A stretch of DNA of 64,000 nt from Harriotta raleighana. Lineage: Eukaryota. Where the stretch lies: assembly GCA_050575255.1 (NCBI GenBank), contig JBNZDD010013683.1:4156991-4220990 (forward strand), given 5' to 3'. The notes under the pieces are model-generated. The model made no database searches and was not told the origin of the DNA. It saw only the letters and a program-made list of their open reading frames with translations. Within the stretch, counting starts at the first letter, position 1; the number at the start of each line of letters is the position of its first letter. The position numbers were made by a program, and so were the translations under genes. Below, piece after piece: positions 1-12,710 of this stretch.

Positions 1-456
1 GATGTTTCAGTGAGAACATTTGGGTGTGAAGTACCGCAAATTGAAAAGCTCCATTCTCCAATCATAGATACCGAATAAATAACAAACAACAAGATCCTCA
101 TACATTCACAATTTTCAGTCAGTTGTAAGTCGGTCCCCTGAACATAGAAACAAGTGATGGAATGTTTTTCCCCCTTTGTGAATCATAAACCGTTCTTACA
201 ATAATTAATTACCAAAAAAAACAATTACCATAGAAACAAAACACTTTGGATATAATGTAATACAGGTATAACACAATTCCAATCTGTTCACACAGATTTT
301 CAAAATTTTGTGCAGAGGGAATTGGTTTGCTTTTCGTTTTCCAGCTCTTAAGAAATAGAATTAAGATAAACTAGTGGCAAAAACAAGTGTGAATAACTTA
401 CCATCCAACAATTAGAACATACTGCACATCACATTGCTATTTAAAAACTAACAAAG

Positions 457-770
457 AGCTGCCTCGTTGGTTTAGTAGGTACAGCCATTGCCAAGTATGC
501 AACTAAACTATGAAGAAGCAGAAAATCCCAGGTTCAATGCCTGGCTAACCTGAGTTCTCATGTTAGCAGTGGCATTATAATTGCTTTTAGCCCTCAGCAA
601 AGTAGTGGAAAAATCAGTTATAGTTCACATTCACTTGACTGTACTGTGAACCCTTGAATAGTGCATGTGCGTGGCCAGCATTCGGTTTGGTCACAATGCC
701 TTCGGTTTGAAGAGCTTGCTATAACTCACTAACAAAGCTCTTAGATAGCTTTAGAACAGGCATGGTGGAT
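457..770 (+). mobile_element. Degenerate ancient tRNA-derived SINE (UCON3-like family of cartilaginous fish)
   Basis: Decayed head (TGGTTTAGTAGG ... CCCAGGTTCAATGCCTGG), then a body (GGAAAAATCAG ... GTGCATGTGCGTGG ... GGTTTGGTCACAATGCC) resembling opposite-strand copies at ~9130 and ~57540. Family name recalled, not searched. Confidence 0.5.
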
Positions 771-1545
771 CTTGTGACTATTGAGAGAAGATACCATGGA
801 TAAATGAATTCCCCATGGAACAGACTTTTGCTCCATATTATGTTCAACAGAGATATTTCCTTCAAGTGAACAACAGAAATACTTACTCGAATTTAGATCA
901 CACATTGCCTTTGCTTCTAGAGAGTCATGAAAGAATTCAATAGGTTATCATCAATCAATCATATTCTGCCATGATATGTATATACTGTGCAAGGTCATGA
1001 AGATTCTTGCATTTCAAAGATATTCCTTCAGGTCATACATTACAAGGCATTTTGAAATGACAACTGAAATACAATTCCATATTTGTAAGGAACATAACAG
1101 TATTTGTGTTATTTTTCTCTGCACAATGCTCATTTGCGTTTGTCTACAAATGCAGTCACTGTACATTGAATCCCGTGAAGTGTTTTAAGATGTTTCAATT
1201 GTGTTTTAAGGCTGTATATCAAATGCTGAGACAACCAATATTATTATTATGAGCAGAAAAGCAATATAGCATGAAAACAACAAGCGCAAACACTAGAATT
1301 GCAATGATGGAAACAATTTATACTGTGATGATGGAGCAGACTGGCACTTGCGACTGGTTCATTTAATGAACCAATAGGAGCTAAAGTAAGTCATTAGGAT
1401 AGATGCAGACCTCAATCCTTTTATCAAAAAAGTTCCAATCGAATGCATTGTCATAATAATCATCATTCTACAAGTCAAACATTGAAAACAGCTCTAATAC
1501 CGTTTGTGTATCATTAACTGAATGTGATACAATATACTTAGGAGA

Positions 1546-1612
1546 CAACAGCAAACACAAAATTACATTTGGATAGCACCTTTCACATCAGAAGGACATC
1601 CACAGGCCCTGG
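1546..1612 (-). mobile_element. L2 LINE 3' tail fragment
   Basis: Reverse complement resembles the L2 tail at 12630-12700 (GACATCCTCCTAACGTGAAAGGCGCTATACAAGTGTAATTTTGTT). Confidence 0.65.
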
Positions 1613-2393
1613 GCATAATAAATATAACGAAGACACATAATTTGCTCATACCATAATCATGGTAGCAAATACATGTACTGATAGTCTGTATTTACCCACG
1701 CAGTGGGAAATAAGTTGATTATTAGTAAATATTCAACTTCTGCTCTGCTTGTGTAACTCATGTCATCACGTCTCGTGTTTAATATTTATAGTATGTAATG
1801 AACCTCTGCCTGTAAATATTCTCTATCACGAACAGTATCTCAGAAGGACATAGTTTTTCTCCTTCTACCGCAGCACACCTTTCTGGGGTTTGCCTCGGGC
1901 ACGATTTTAAAAGCATGGATACATCATTATCCGCTGCAGCAGTGAGACAGGTGGGCCCAGTTATTCTTGCAATGGCCTAATGGACATTTCATTCTCCCAC
2001 AATAATGGATTTGATAAAGCGCAAAGCAGAAGTTGAGGACATTAAATATAACCTAAATGCTAGCAAATTGTGGCACTGAAGCCTCTGTGATGGATGAGCA
2101 AAGGCAAAACACTGAGCTGTTGAAGTGGTTAATGCTAGATAGCAATTGCAAAATGATAAAAATCCAAACCCACACAGTCTTATAGACATTAACCTTTCAC
2201 TAATGTTTACAGAGTCACTCTTTTTTTTTAAAACTTTGCAGCTGTACTATCGTAGCTTTCGATTGAGAGGCACCGCCTTAATCTAGATTTCAATTGAAAA
2301 AACAACACGTTTGGCCAAAGATATTGCACAAATGAATTCTTCTGCTGGAAAAATGCTGATGCGAGTATTCTAGTCGTAGTTTTTGCATAAAAA

Positions 2394-2436
<43 letters not shown>
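2394..2436. repeat. (GT)n(AT)n microsatellite
   Basis: Directly visible. Confidence 0.95.
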
Positions 2437-2438
<2 letters not shown>

Positions 2439-2839
2439 CAAAAAAAGAACACAGCTCTTGAGGAACAAATCTTTCACTTTCCAAAGGGATTTAACAAGGC
2501 TGTACTCTACCAGAGGCAGCAATGCAAATACTGAACAATTACTCCACTCCTGTACTACTCAAGTCCAAACTCTTAAGTGGCTGCTGCACACTCGATTTTA
2601 GCTGTGACTTACATTAGCTGAAAAATACAGAGACACTCAACAGTCATGGGAAGACTCAACTGCATCTCCGGCTACACTGCCCACTGGCCATTAATCTTTT
2701 GTGCATACCCTGAAACCATTTTCATCCCATTTTCATCGTAAGCTTTAAAATTCAGCCCGGCCAAGATATCGCCACAAACTAGCAATTTGAAAAACGCCCT
2801 TGGAAGTGCCTGCAACGCATGTTCATATCATTCTTATAT

Positions 2840-2920
2840 TACAAAGGATCACGTAGAATGCCACAGCATGGAAACGGGCAATTTGTCCCAACTTGGCCTA
2901 TACGCCAGTATTTACACCCA
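2840..2920 (-). mobile_element. CR1 LINE 3' end fragment
   Basis: Reverse complement TTGGGACAAATTGCCCGTTTCCATGCTGTGGCATTCTACG resembles the CR1 terminal hairpin and tail at 37050-37103. Confidence 0.5.
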
Positions 2921-4202
2921 GCGAATCGCTCTCGCTGTTGCAACTATCTAACGTCATTATTACGATATTGGAACACGATTTTCACTGTACAATAATGCAA
3001 AATAATTGTAACCCTGATAATGGTGCAGTTTCAATCCTGCAGAAATTATGTTTGATGATTATTAATTTTGAATCATTTTTACTCGTGAGCAGTGGCATTT
3101 AAAAGTTGTAATTCACCATTGATTAACAATGGTGCCATTGATCAACAAGAAACAGAAAAACAACGAAAACGCATGTTCGTTTATCTTCATCTATTCATCT
3201 CGAGAATTTTCAACACAATTACCCCCATTTAGCTTCTATTCTATTTTTATACAGCTATAAAACATTCATAACTATTCACATACCAACGCTTTTGAACCCG
3301 CTGAATGTACAGGCTCGTGATATGTTCTGACATTCATGAGTTTAATCAATTAGTGTTTGATATTCCAAGCTGATCTGCAGTGTTTCTCACGTTGCCTTAG
3401 GCTTCGATAGTCTGGAGTCAGTTACAGTCCTGTGATTGATTTATGGGGCATTAGGAAATGGTTACAAGAGTAGTGAAGCTATTTCATATTCACTGTTGAA
3501 TTAAAACGTAAGATTCATTCCACAATAAAGGGCTATGCTTAGCTATTATTAGCTTTAGGTTACTGTATCATAAATTTGTTAATAGGACAAATGTACATCA
3601 AAGCAAGGCAAGAGCTCACAATAAAAATATCTCCATCGTTTTGACTGAAATTATGCTTGATAGCTTATCGATCAAAATCAAAATCATCCTCGATATCATA
3701 CACCTAAGGTGCCTTGTGAATAGCATGGTAACAATATGGACATGGGTTTTCATTCCCATACCATACACTATACCAATTTCCCTATCGATCTGTATGCTGT
3801 GAAGCAATGCACGATGCACAAAATGTAATAGTCCATCTACCAAGCGTGTGTGTTCCATTTGAAATATATACAGCAGTCAGGATTCTTATCTGCATGCAAA
3901 AGTGAATCTGCAGTAGGATGAAGCGATACATCAGGCAATCATCATGCCATCACCTGCCAACAATTCTCAACGTATTCGCCTGCAAAATCCAGCCAATCCA
4001 CTTTGCAGTATATCCTGTGAGTGTTTTGAGATTCTCAACAACGTGATAAAGGGGCTATAGAGTATCAAACATAAGGGTGATTATTATTATTAATATTGGC
4101 TGGGAGCAACAGGAAGACAGCGGGTGTTTCTTTTGTTGGGAGGATTTGTGGTTTCAAAGAAGAAGAAAAATAAACTTCAGAATGTGATAAGAGTCTTGTG
4201 TC

Positions 4203-4500
4203 GCATCCTGTGGCTCAGTAGTTAGAGCACTTGCCTGCAGGAGAGAGTCCTGGGTTTAATTCCAGGGAGAGAGAAACCTTGGGCGAGTTTCCTTACTCCA
4301 CAGGCTTGGTAATAATCCCTCAAGAAACAAAAACAATAATAAATTGGGTCATTTCAATCCAAGACTGTTTGTGTCACACTGCTGTATGCAATTGGCCACA
4401 AATATACAGTCAATTCACTTTACAGTATATTCTGTGAAGCGCTTTGAGACGTCTAGAAGACGTGAAAAGCGCTATATCAAATGCAAGGATTATTATTACT
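4203..4500 (+). mobile_element. Full-length tRNA-derived SINE (chimaera SINE2-type, partial Deu body, L2-type tail)
   Basis: A box TGGCTCAGTAGTTAGAGC, body GACTGTTTGTG...AATTGGC, tail GTGAAGCGCTTTGAGACGTC...AAAAGCGCTATATCAAATGCAAGG(ATT)n. Aligns by eye with the copies at 6504 and 33026. Confidence 0.9.
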
Positions 4501-6503
4501 AAAATAAAATGTTTCAAGTGATTCAATGCAACGTTAACAAAAAAAATGACAACATTATCTGCATTGCACATGGAAAGAAGGAATTAAATTATGAGCAGGT
4601 AATGCAAATTGTATGTTGGACGTCAAAGTCTAACCACCGTTGGTTGCTTTTATATCTCTGCAGAGTGTCAACATTTCAGAATCGTCAATGTTAATTTCTG
4701 GATATGCACAGTTGCTCATCAAGAAGAAAGGAGCCACTTTATTCCCCCCACGACCTCACAAAAGACATGTGGGTGGGAGTCACTGAAAAGATGATGTGTG
4801 AAATTGAACGGCTGAAATGCACAGTCAGGGGAGTATGAAAACTGTGCAAAGCAGACCAAGAGAAGAAAACATACAAGAAGGGAACACGATAAGCTATTCC
4901 AGCAACTGCCTTTATAATATCAGGCCTTCACAATAAATAACACTTTCAGACCCCAGATAAGTCAACGATCAAGACAAATGGCGGAAATCAATGCCTAAAA
5001 TTTCCCTTACACAACATTCTCATCAGTGCAGCATCATCTATCTCACATAACAGCTCCATGGCATACAGATAGGGAGACTTCTGAGCAAGAAACACTTCAT
5101 CAATTCAAGATACTGTATATTAAGGGGGCCCCTATGAAATTCTTCTTATATCTAAATTTTAAAAGCGTATAAAATATTTATGAAGAGATCAAAAATAAAG
5201 TGGTTTATTGAAGTTTATTTAAATGTGAACAGTCATCCATCAAAACTCTCTAGTCTTATCACAAAAATATTCTGTAAAAAGTAGTTTTTTGGGGTGGGGT
5301 GGGTGGGAGAAGGAGAAAAATAGACTGCTAAATTTATATTATTCATATTTTTAAGCAACCCCAAACGATTGTCATTATTAAAAATATACACGCTGCAGAG
5401 AATGGCAACAGGAGACACGGTAAAGATGGAGAAACATTAAGAAATGAGGAAACAAAATACCATTGTATCTAAGTGTTGTACGAGAGCACCCAGGCTCCAT
5501 TTCTGAGTTTCTATGTTTAAATCAAGTTCACACTTTAATCTGTGACTACTTATTCGAACATAATCTTTATAATCCTGATGGTTGCATTCGTCAAAGCAGC
5601 ACATCACGCAGCAAATCCTCAACTTCTCATACTGTATTCTGACAAGTAATGGATTTGTTTTATTAAACCAAAATGTTCAAATGGATTTGATAATCCTGCA
5701 TGAATGTCTACCAAATGTGTTCTTAAAGGGATGGTGGAGTGATATGTAAACCATGTTCGCTCACATTATCTATTCAGCTCATGTTATCAGCTGCATGTGA
5801 AGTGAGGAAACCGGGGGCATAATTTAAGCAAGTGAACATCCGAACACTGGGTTTCAATGAAAGGATCTACTCGTTGCCCTAAAAAAAATAAGCAATCTTA
5901 GGTTTGAGATTTAGTGATCTACTTATTATAAATATAAGAAGGTTTTAAAATACTTTATACTGTTAGGATTAAAGGAAAGAAAACAGCAGCCACACCAAAA
6001 ACAATTTGCATTCATCTGCTGCAGTTTGTCTATAAATAGTTTTTCTATAAATGTTTAGAAGGCACTTAGATTAAAACAAGTGCCAGGAAATTGACCGTGA
6101 TAAGACATACTACAGATTTTTTCAAACTTTAGAATGAGATTGGAAACCTAATTGAGATTATCAATTCATATTCCAATTCGAGTTTCCCAGATGAGAGTTT
6201 TAACACTTGATTGTTGCAGTTACTTAACAAAACAGGAACAGTTTAACACAATTAAGTCTTTTGGTGATAAAGTGAGAGAGGATATTTTTGATAAGGGATT
6301 AGAAACTAGGAAACTACAATAATGTTGACACATTTATAACCCAACAGAGCAGAACAAATATATCATGTGACAAAATGGATTTAGTAAATCCTTGGCTGTC
6401 CAGCACCTTGGGACACGCTCCTATCATGTAAAGCTCTGTATAAAAACAATTTGTTGATGCTGTTGTAAAAGGAGCTCCATCAGTGAACCTTACCAACCAC
6501 TGT

Positions 6504-6830
6504 GGACCTCCTATAGCTCAGTGGTTAGAGCACTCGCCTTACAAGTGTGAGACCTGTGTTTGAATCCAGGCAGATCAGGGCGAAACCTTGGGCAAGTTTC
6601 CTTACTCCACACACACGTCTAATAATAATCCGTCAAAAGAAACCACACAATAATAAAAAATTGGTCATTTCAATCCACGACTGTTTGTGGGACATTGCTG
6701 TACACAATTGGCTGCCGCATTTTGTCCACAAATATGCAATCAATTGACTTTATAGTATATTCTGTGAAGCGCTTTGAGACATCGATAAGATGTGTAAAAT
6801 GCTATATCAAATGCAAGGATTATTATTAGT
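6504..6830 (+). mobile_element. Full-length tRNA-derived SINE (same family)
   Basis: TAGCTCAGTGGTTAGAGCACTCGCCTTACAAGTGTGAG head, B-box-like GTTTGAATCC, same body and (ATT)n tail. Confidence 0.92.
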
Positions 6831-9129
6831 AGTAGATAATATTCTTTCAAAGCTTCGGGTTAGTGGAACCAGTTGCCTGAAGCAATATNGTAGTAGATGA
6901 TATTCTTTCAAAGCTTCGGGTTAGTGGAACCAGTTGCCTGAAGCAATATGTTCACCTGCAATTTATTAATTCAGTAAGAGCAGTCGGAGAAAAGCTAATT
7001 TCTAAATGTTTAATTGCCTCCACTGAACACTGACGTCACACCTTCCAGAAAAAAAACACCTATCAAGTTCTCTGAGGCTATGTGTGCACTTAGCTACTGT
7101 CACTATGGAAACTGCCTTCGTTGTTGCATAGTTTACCCAACTTCTTCAGCACCTTTAAGGATCAATTATCCATATGATATCTCTGATTTGTCAACCGTTC
7201 TAAAAGACAATTAAAGGCATTGCATGAATATGATGTGTTCTTTACAATAGATCTGTCAAATGTTCCTGATACAAGTGTTTGCTGTACACCATTTATTGCA
7301 TATTAATTTAAAGAAAAGTACAATATAGAGGGCTCCTGTTAACAATTCGTCAACTTAATCCAGGGAGGAAGAACAGAATCGTGCTTTAAATCGCCGAGAA
7401 ATGATATCTCGGAACCATATCGCAGAGCTTGGTTTTAATAAAATATGGCTGCTAAAATCCACAGGTTTCATGCTGGGTCACTAATTGATTTCATTATTTA
7501 TTCAAAAAGGGGTTTATTTTAGTACGATATTTCCAAAGAGATTGATGAGATCAAAAAATTAAATGCCAGCAGACTCCCACATGACCCAGACACATCTAAG
7601 TTACGATCATGTGATTACACCCTTCAAGACCTGGTCAACGTTCTGGTATTACAGACTTGTTTATTTTCCTTAACAGACAAATATGCCTCCTGTTGACCAA
7701 CGCCAGGCTGGCCTTACAGCAGATGTGGAGATGTCTCCCATAGCGGGAGAAACCTGCAGATCAGTATGTCTCCTGCCTCCATTTCAGGGAGAAAATGGCT
7801 CACGTAAAATGGTAGAGCACTGGGGCTTAATTGATTTGGGGACAAAAATATTAACATTGGTATAATATTGCACTACTCTTTGCTGAAAAGTGGATCGAGA
7901 TCATCATTTCACTTTGGGCATAAGGCAATCAAGAGTTGACATTGAACCCTTCAGACTTCGTTGGATTGGAAAGGAGGCAGACGCTCTTGTGATACAAAGA
8001 GAGCACCTGCGAGACGTTCAAGAGACCATTTCTTGAATGGCCAACAAGGTAAAGTGACTCCAGTGCTCCTTTTGAGTTCCAAATGGTTGTTTTCAATGGA
8101 TCATCGAAAGCACATTTAAAGCAGTCAGTCAATTTTAAAGCATTGAATAGCCTTGGTGTCTCCCAAGGCCCTGTGCCATCGTTGAACACAGAGAACGCTG
8201 CTGCAATTGATGAGTTGATTTTCCCCCCACCTCCCCCCGAAGAGATGGAAAAAAAAGATTTAAAAGACTGCATTAAGTAAGCTCAAGCCAAAGCAAATGG
8301 GGCAATTACAACAAGACAAAATCTCACTAATGAGCAACAGTGTCTGTAGAGCAATGTGATCCCAGCGGGTTGTTCCATGAACCGAGCTTGCATTGAAATT
8401 TCCTTTTACGCTACCGTGCCTTTATTCCATAGATTCCTAGAAATGATTTGTTTGGTTGTTGGCAGCCACTATCCACAGCTGCCCATTCCCTCCTGCCACC
8501 CAGGGGAGAGAGAAAAATATAAACTTGGCAGATTTAACAACCCACACACAATGGCTGCTTCATTTCAAGATGTGTCTCAAAGCCTTCGAACAGATCTCTG
8601 CATTGATTGTATGTCAACCATTGATTACTGTTGAGCCAGTGGGCTTCTGCCTATTGGATAGTACTAATATTTCTAATTTTACCTCACTAACAGGCAATTG
8701 AGCAGCTCCTATTTACAGGGATTCTCCAGACATCGTTTGAGCTAATGATTTCTGGCAGACAATCATCTTGGATTGGCAAATTAGAAACAAATTTTTAATG
8801 AAAGACAAATTCAATAAGCTTAAACTTTTTCCAGAAGGGAACGAAACACTGGGGATTCTTTATAGTCTAAGATGCAACTGATGATCTTGGCCAGCTTTTA
8901 ATAAGATCCGCTTTCATTAAAGAAACAAAAAAAGCCACATTTGAACATCCTCCGATTGGTAGTAGATCAGATTATAATTAACATTCAGCACTGTATAACT
9001 CTGAACAGAAATGGCTCCGAGATGTGGACAACTGAGATGCGCATTTCAAACTCCACGTAACATCTTCCCTCAGAGCAGACACATGGGATGTTGTGATGTA
9101 GAATTCTAGCAGTTAGTTCTATGTATGTC

Positions 9130-9365
9130 AGATGACCTTGTCCCCAAGTGACCAATCTTCTTGTGTGAGTCTAAATTACTGAGTCGTCAGTCTATTAAGC
9201 GTGGAAAGTAACAAAACCAAGCCTGATCCTGTCGTTAACCAATTCCCGCAGGCAGGCATTTTTCCCACAGAGTTGGGGACCTGGCTTATTCCCTCATCCC
9301 CCATTTCATGAGCAACTCTACTGCCAATCTGAAGGAGATCAGCAAGTCAATCACTAATCTGCTTG
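9130..9365 (-). mobile_element. Degenerate ancient SINE (UCON3-like)
   Basis: Reverse complement contains GACAGGATCAGGCTTGGTTTTGTTAC and CTCACACAAGAAGATTGGTCACTTGGGGACAAGGT, matching the recalled shark element and the 457-770 copy. Confidence 0.5.
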
Positions 9366-9739
9366 TTAGTATACAACGCAGTGACATGACACGCCGAGTC
9401 TTCGGGATAGTCAAAATGCAATGGTTTTGTACGAGTGTAAAGAGCTGTGATTTCAACAACAACTGAAATCTTGTACTTTCTTGACACAAATTACTTGTAG
9501 TTTACAGATTGCTGCAGCCGCTTGATTTTTGCTGGCACAGCACCTGGGAGAACAATGTTAACATCAGTTAACTCTATGCACAAAATAAACGTGCATTTTT
9601 ACATTTAAAGCCATCTACTGAATGCAGAATAATTATTATGATCAACGAGCTATTGTGTGGAAATTGAGCTTGAGACATGCTCCCAATGTGAATGGAGCAA
9701 TATATACACCTGTGAGATTACGGTTAAAACTTTACAATC

Positions 9740-9938
9740 GAGGTCCTGGCCAACAATAAAATTGATCCCCCAAATAAAATTGATCACTCACTCCACGGTT
9801 GTTTTGTGGGACATTGTTATGTGTTCCTAGCTGCAGCATTTCACCCACAAACTATTCAGTCACTCCACTTTACAGTATATCCTGTGAAATGCTTTGAGAC
9901 GATAAAGCGCTATATCAAATTCAAGGATTATTATTATA
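9740..9938 (+). mobile_element. DeuSINE-type SINE 3' part
   Basis: GTCCTGGCCAAC ... TTTGTGGGACATTG ... CACTTTACAGTATATCCTGTGAAATGCTTTGAGAC ... AAGGATTATTATT. Confidence 0.75.
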
Positions 9939-12257
9939 TAAATGTATAAATGTCCATTTATTGTTGTTGTTGAAATGTCTCAAAGAGCTTCACAGGTGAT
10001 TATTGTAGAGACTACTGGCATCAAGAAGTTTCCTCGCACAATATATTTTGAGAATATTTCTTTCTGGCCTCGGTCATATCTTTACAATCACAAACGAAAC
10101 AAGTGCTTTCGCTCCTCGCTTCATAGTTGAATAATTTTGTTTCTTTTAATTTTCTATGTATGCTGAAGTATCTCAGGCATTTTAGTAGGGATGGAAAAAG
10201 CGTGCAAATCCCAAAACTAACACTCTGCCAGGAGTCCCTCTTTAGAGAGGCCAGTCAGCCAGAAGTATGCGGATCAGTTGCCAGAGCCACATTGGGTGGC
10301 AGAAGTTACATAAACAAAGAAAGGATTTTGAAAAGTCTGATTCAAATGCAGAGAAATTTACAAGCCAACCGTCTTTAAAGAAGATCGGACTAAACAAGGT
10401 TATTGAAACCATTCTTGCCTCGACCACCCAGAAGCCGGAGTTGTAACCTTTCCACCCCGCCCCTACCCCCACTTTAATTTTGTTTCACCTCATCCGATGC
10501 CCTTGCTCCGATTATCAGGTCAAGCAGGTAACCCGGGTTTCCCAGGCTCCTGGCAAAGAGCTCTTGAGCCAGCTGCAAGCAAGCGTGTGAGAACAGCATT
10601 GGTTTAATTGCCCTCAGATTTCCATTCCCTCCTGGGAACCTCCCAAGCTCTGCGCACCGACTTCCCTGAAGGCTTTGCTAAGTTGCGAAACTCCAGCCCG
10701 TCAGGATAATTTGAGACGAGGCGGTATTTCCCCACAGTATAGGCGAAAGCTCTCCGAGGGTGTCTCTAGACTTGTGGCCACTTTGGCAGCATTCAATCAA
10801 AATCTGAATTGAGCCTGAGGGTCCTGGTGCTCGGTCGAACAAGTGAAGCAAGACTGTTTAACTATGCCTTGCAGGAAAAGCACCATCAAAACATCCAGAA
10901 GGAAATGTTGTGATGTGCACACAAATTAAGTGCTCTGTTGGGATTCTCCACAATCAAATGAAAGCAAACATGTTGTTCTTCTTAAGAATCACTTCATTCT
11001 TGAAGATCCAAGGCTTTGCAGTGGGAGGGGGGGTGGGCAGTCGGCTTGACATAATTTGACTCCTGTATTTTCTTCAACCAAATGTACAGTATTTTAACTG
11101 CACAAACATAAACGTTTTGCAAAGGTTTTTAAATCATCTCATAAATAATCCACATGAAATTCTTAGGAGAAACAAGTCAAATTCTAATGATGTTCTTTTT
11201 ATTAAAATTAATAAATAATGAGATTTCACATTCAATTACAAAATCTATGTTGCTCCCATGGTTCCTCATTGGTAGTTTTGTTTACTCTGTCTCAGGATTA
11301 TTAGGCTACACTGGCATTTGCCCTGAGTAGGTGGTAGGGCAAAACACTTACTATTGTACAATGATCACTGCTGAAAACAAAATTGAGCTAATTGCAATGT
11401 TCCATAATCTGATCAAAATGACCAATCTTCACGAATGAGCCCAACATCAACACCAACTGGCTCTTCAACCATGAAGCGAATTCACCTTTCCTTCAAACCA
11501 CTTCCGATCCTCGTGGAGTTGGTGGTCCCACTGCACAGTATATAGTCTGTTGATACTTTGCCATGTTTCTTCCAACCTCTGTTGAACTCATCGCATGATT
11601 TAAGCGAGCAGCACTTTGTAAAGGAGAAACTACGGCAATAAAATGGAAGATGTAAACTACGATGTCGAAATTTAAACACGAGTGTTGGAAGAGTGGCCCA
11701 TTAACTGTCAATATTTTCAGAGAGTGTAGCTGGGTGATGGATTTACTTTTCTTCGTTTTTTTTAAAAAAAACAAAAGCTGTACATTTCCATATATAGCAA
11801 TTCTTCTTCTCAAAGAAGTACATCAACACATGAGACAGTTCTGCTGAGCTATTAAAAAGCCAGGCACTCAAGAAAGGTACGAGTGTAGAACTACTTGAAG
11901 GAATAGAGAAATAAAACCAGCTCTCGGGATGCTCAGCAATGGCTTCTTAAGGTTAATCAACTCGTATCCAAAGAGGAACTCTACCACAGTACAACATATC
12001 GAATGCTATAAAATGATATGCTCAATTACACAACTTGTTTTTTTTGAAGAAAGTTGCTTTAACTATAAAATGGGTTGACTGGGCAGAAGACGTTGAAACA
12101 CTGTGTCTACACCTCAGAGACCCAAGTTAATATTGTGTAAAGATAGGGAGGGCTTTTACATGCTTAGAACCCACCAGTCACTTCACCACATGACATCAGT
12201 ACCAATTGCCTCTTCAACCTCACCCAAACAGGGATTCTGTACTCATCCATTATCTAT

Positions 12258-12710
12258 TATCCACCGCTCCAAGCTCCGTGACCCCATCTCTCCCACCCTC
12301 ACCCGATTCCATTGGCTCCCCATCGTCCAGAGGATCCAATTTAAGATCCTGGTCCTCACATTCAAAGTCTTCCATCCGCGACCTCCTAACCCTTCACCAA
12401 TCTGCCCGCCCCCTCCACTCAGCAGGCTCCGGCCTCCTCCATGTCCGCCGACCCACTCGGCACTCTGCCCCACAACCTCTGGAACTCCATCCCGCCGTCC
12501 CTCCGCCTCACCCCCCACCTAGCCTTCTTCAAGTCCCACCACCTCTTCGACAGTCCCATTGGCCACTCCAATTCCCTCCCCTTTCCCTCCACCCTCCCTG
12601 TCCCCAGCTCGGGTCTGAAACAATGACTGTCCAGTGCCTTGTGACATCCTCCTAACGTGAAAGGCGCTATACAAGTGTAATTTTGTTCTTGTTGTTGTTG
12701 TTATTGTTAT
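12258..12710 (+). mobile_element. 5'-truncated L2 LINE (ORF2 C-terminus, 3' UTR, tail)
   Basis: Translates to HRSKLRDPISPTLTRFHWLPIVQRIQFKILVLTFKVFH, the typical L2 ORF2 C-terminal motif, then a frameshifted HNLWNSIP, a C-rich UTR and a (GTT)n tail. Confidence 0.92.

Noticed and set aside
6504-6580. tRNA-Val(TAC)-like gene
   Set aside because: No proper acceptor stem, and it continues into a SINE body. It is a SINE head, as at 4203 and 33347.
7677-7763. Plus-strand exon-like segment (TTAACAG ... TCA|GTATGT)
   Set aside because: Isolated, weak donor, unrecognised peptide.
7929-8273. 114-aa minus-strand ORF
   Set aside because: No convincing splice sites or homology; begins in low-complexity sequence.
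12103-12655. Overlapping 139-aa and 149-aa proline-rich ORFs
   Set aside because: Derived from a C-rich, frameshifted L2 fragment.
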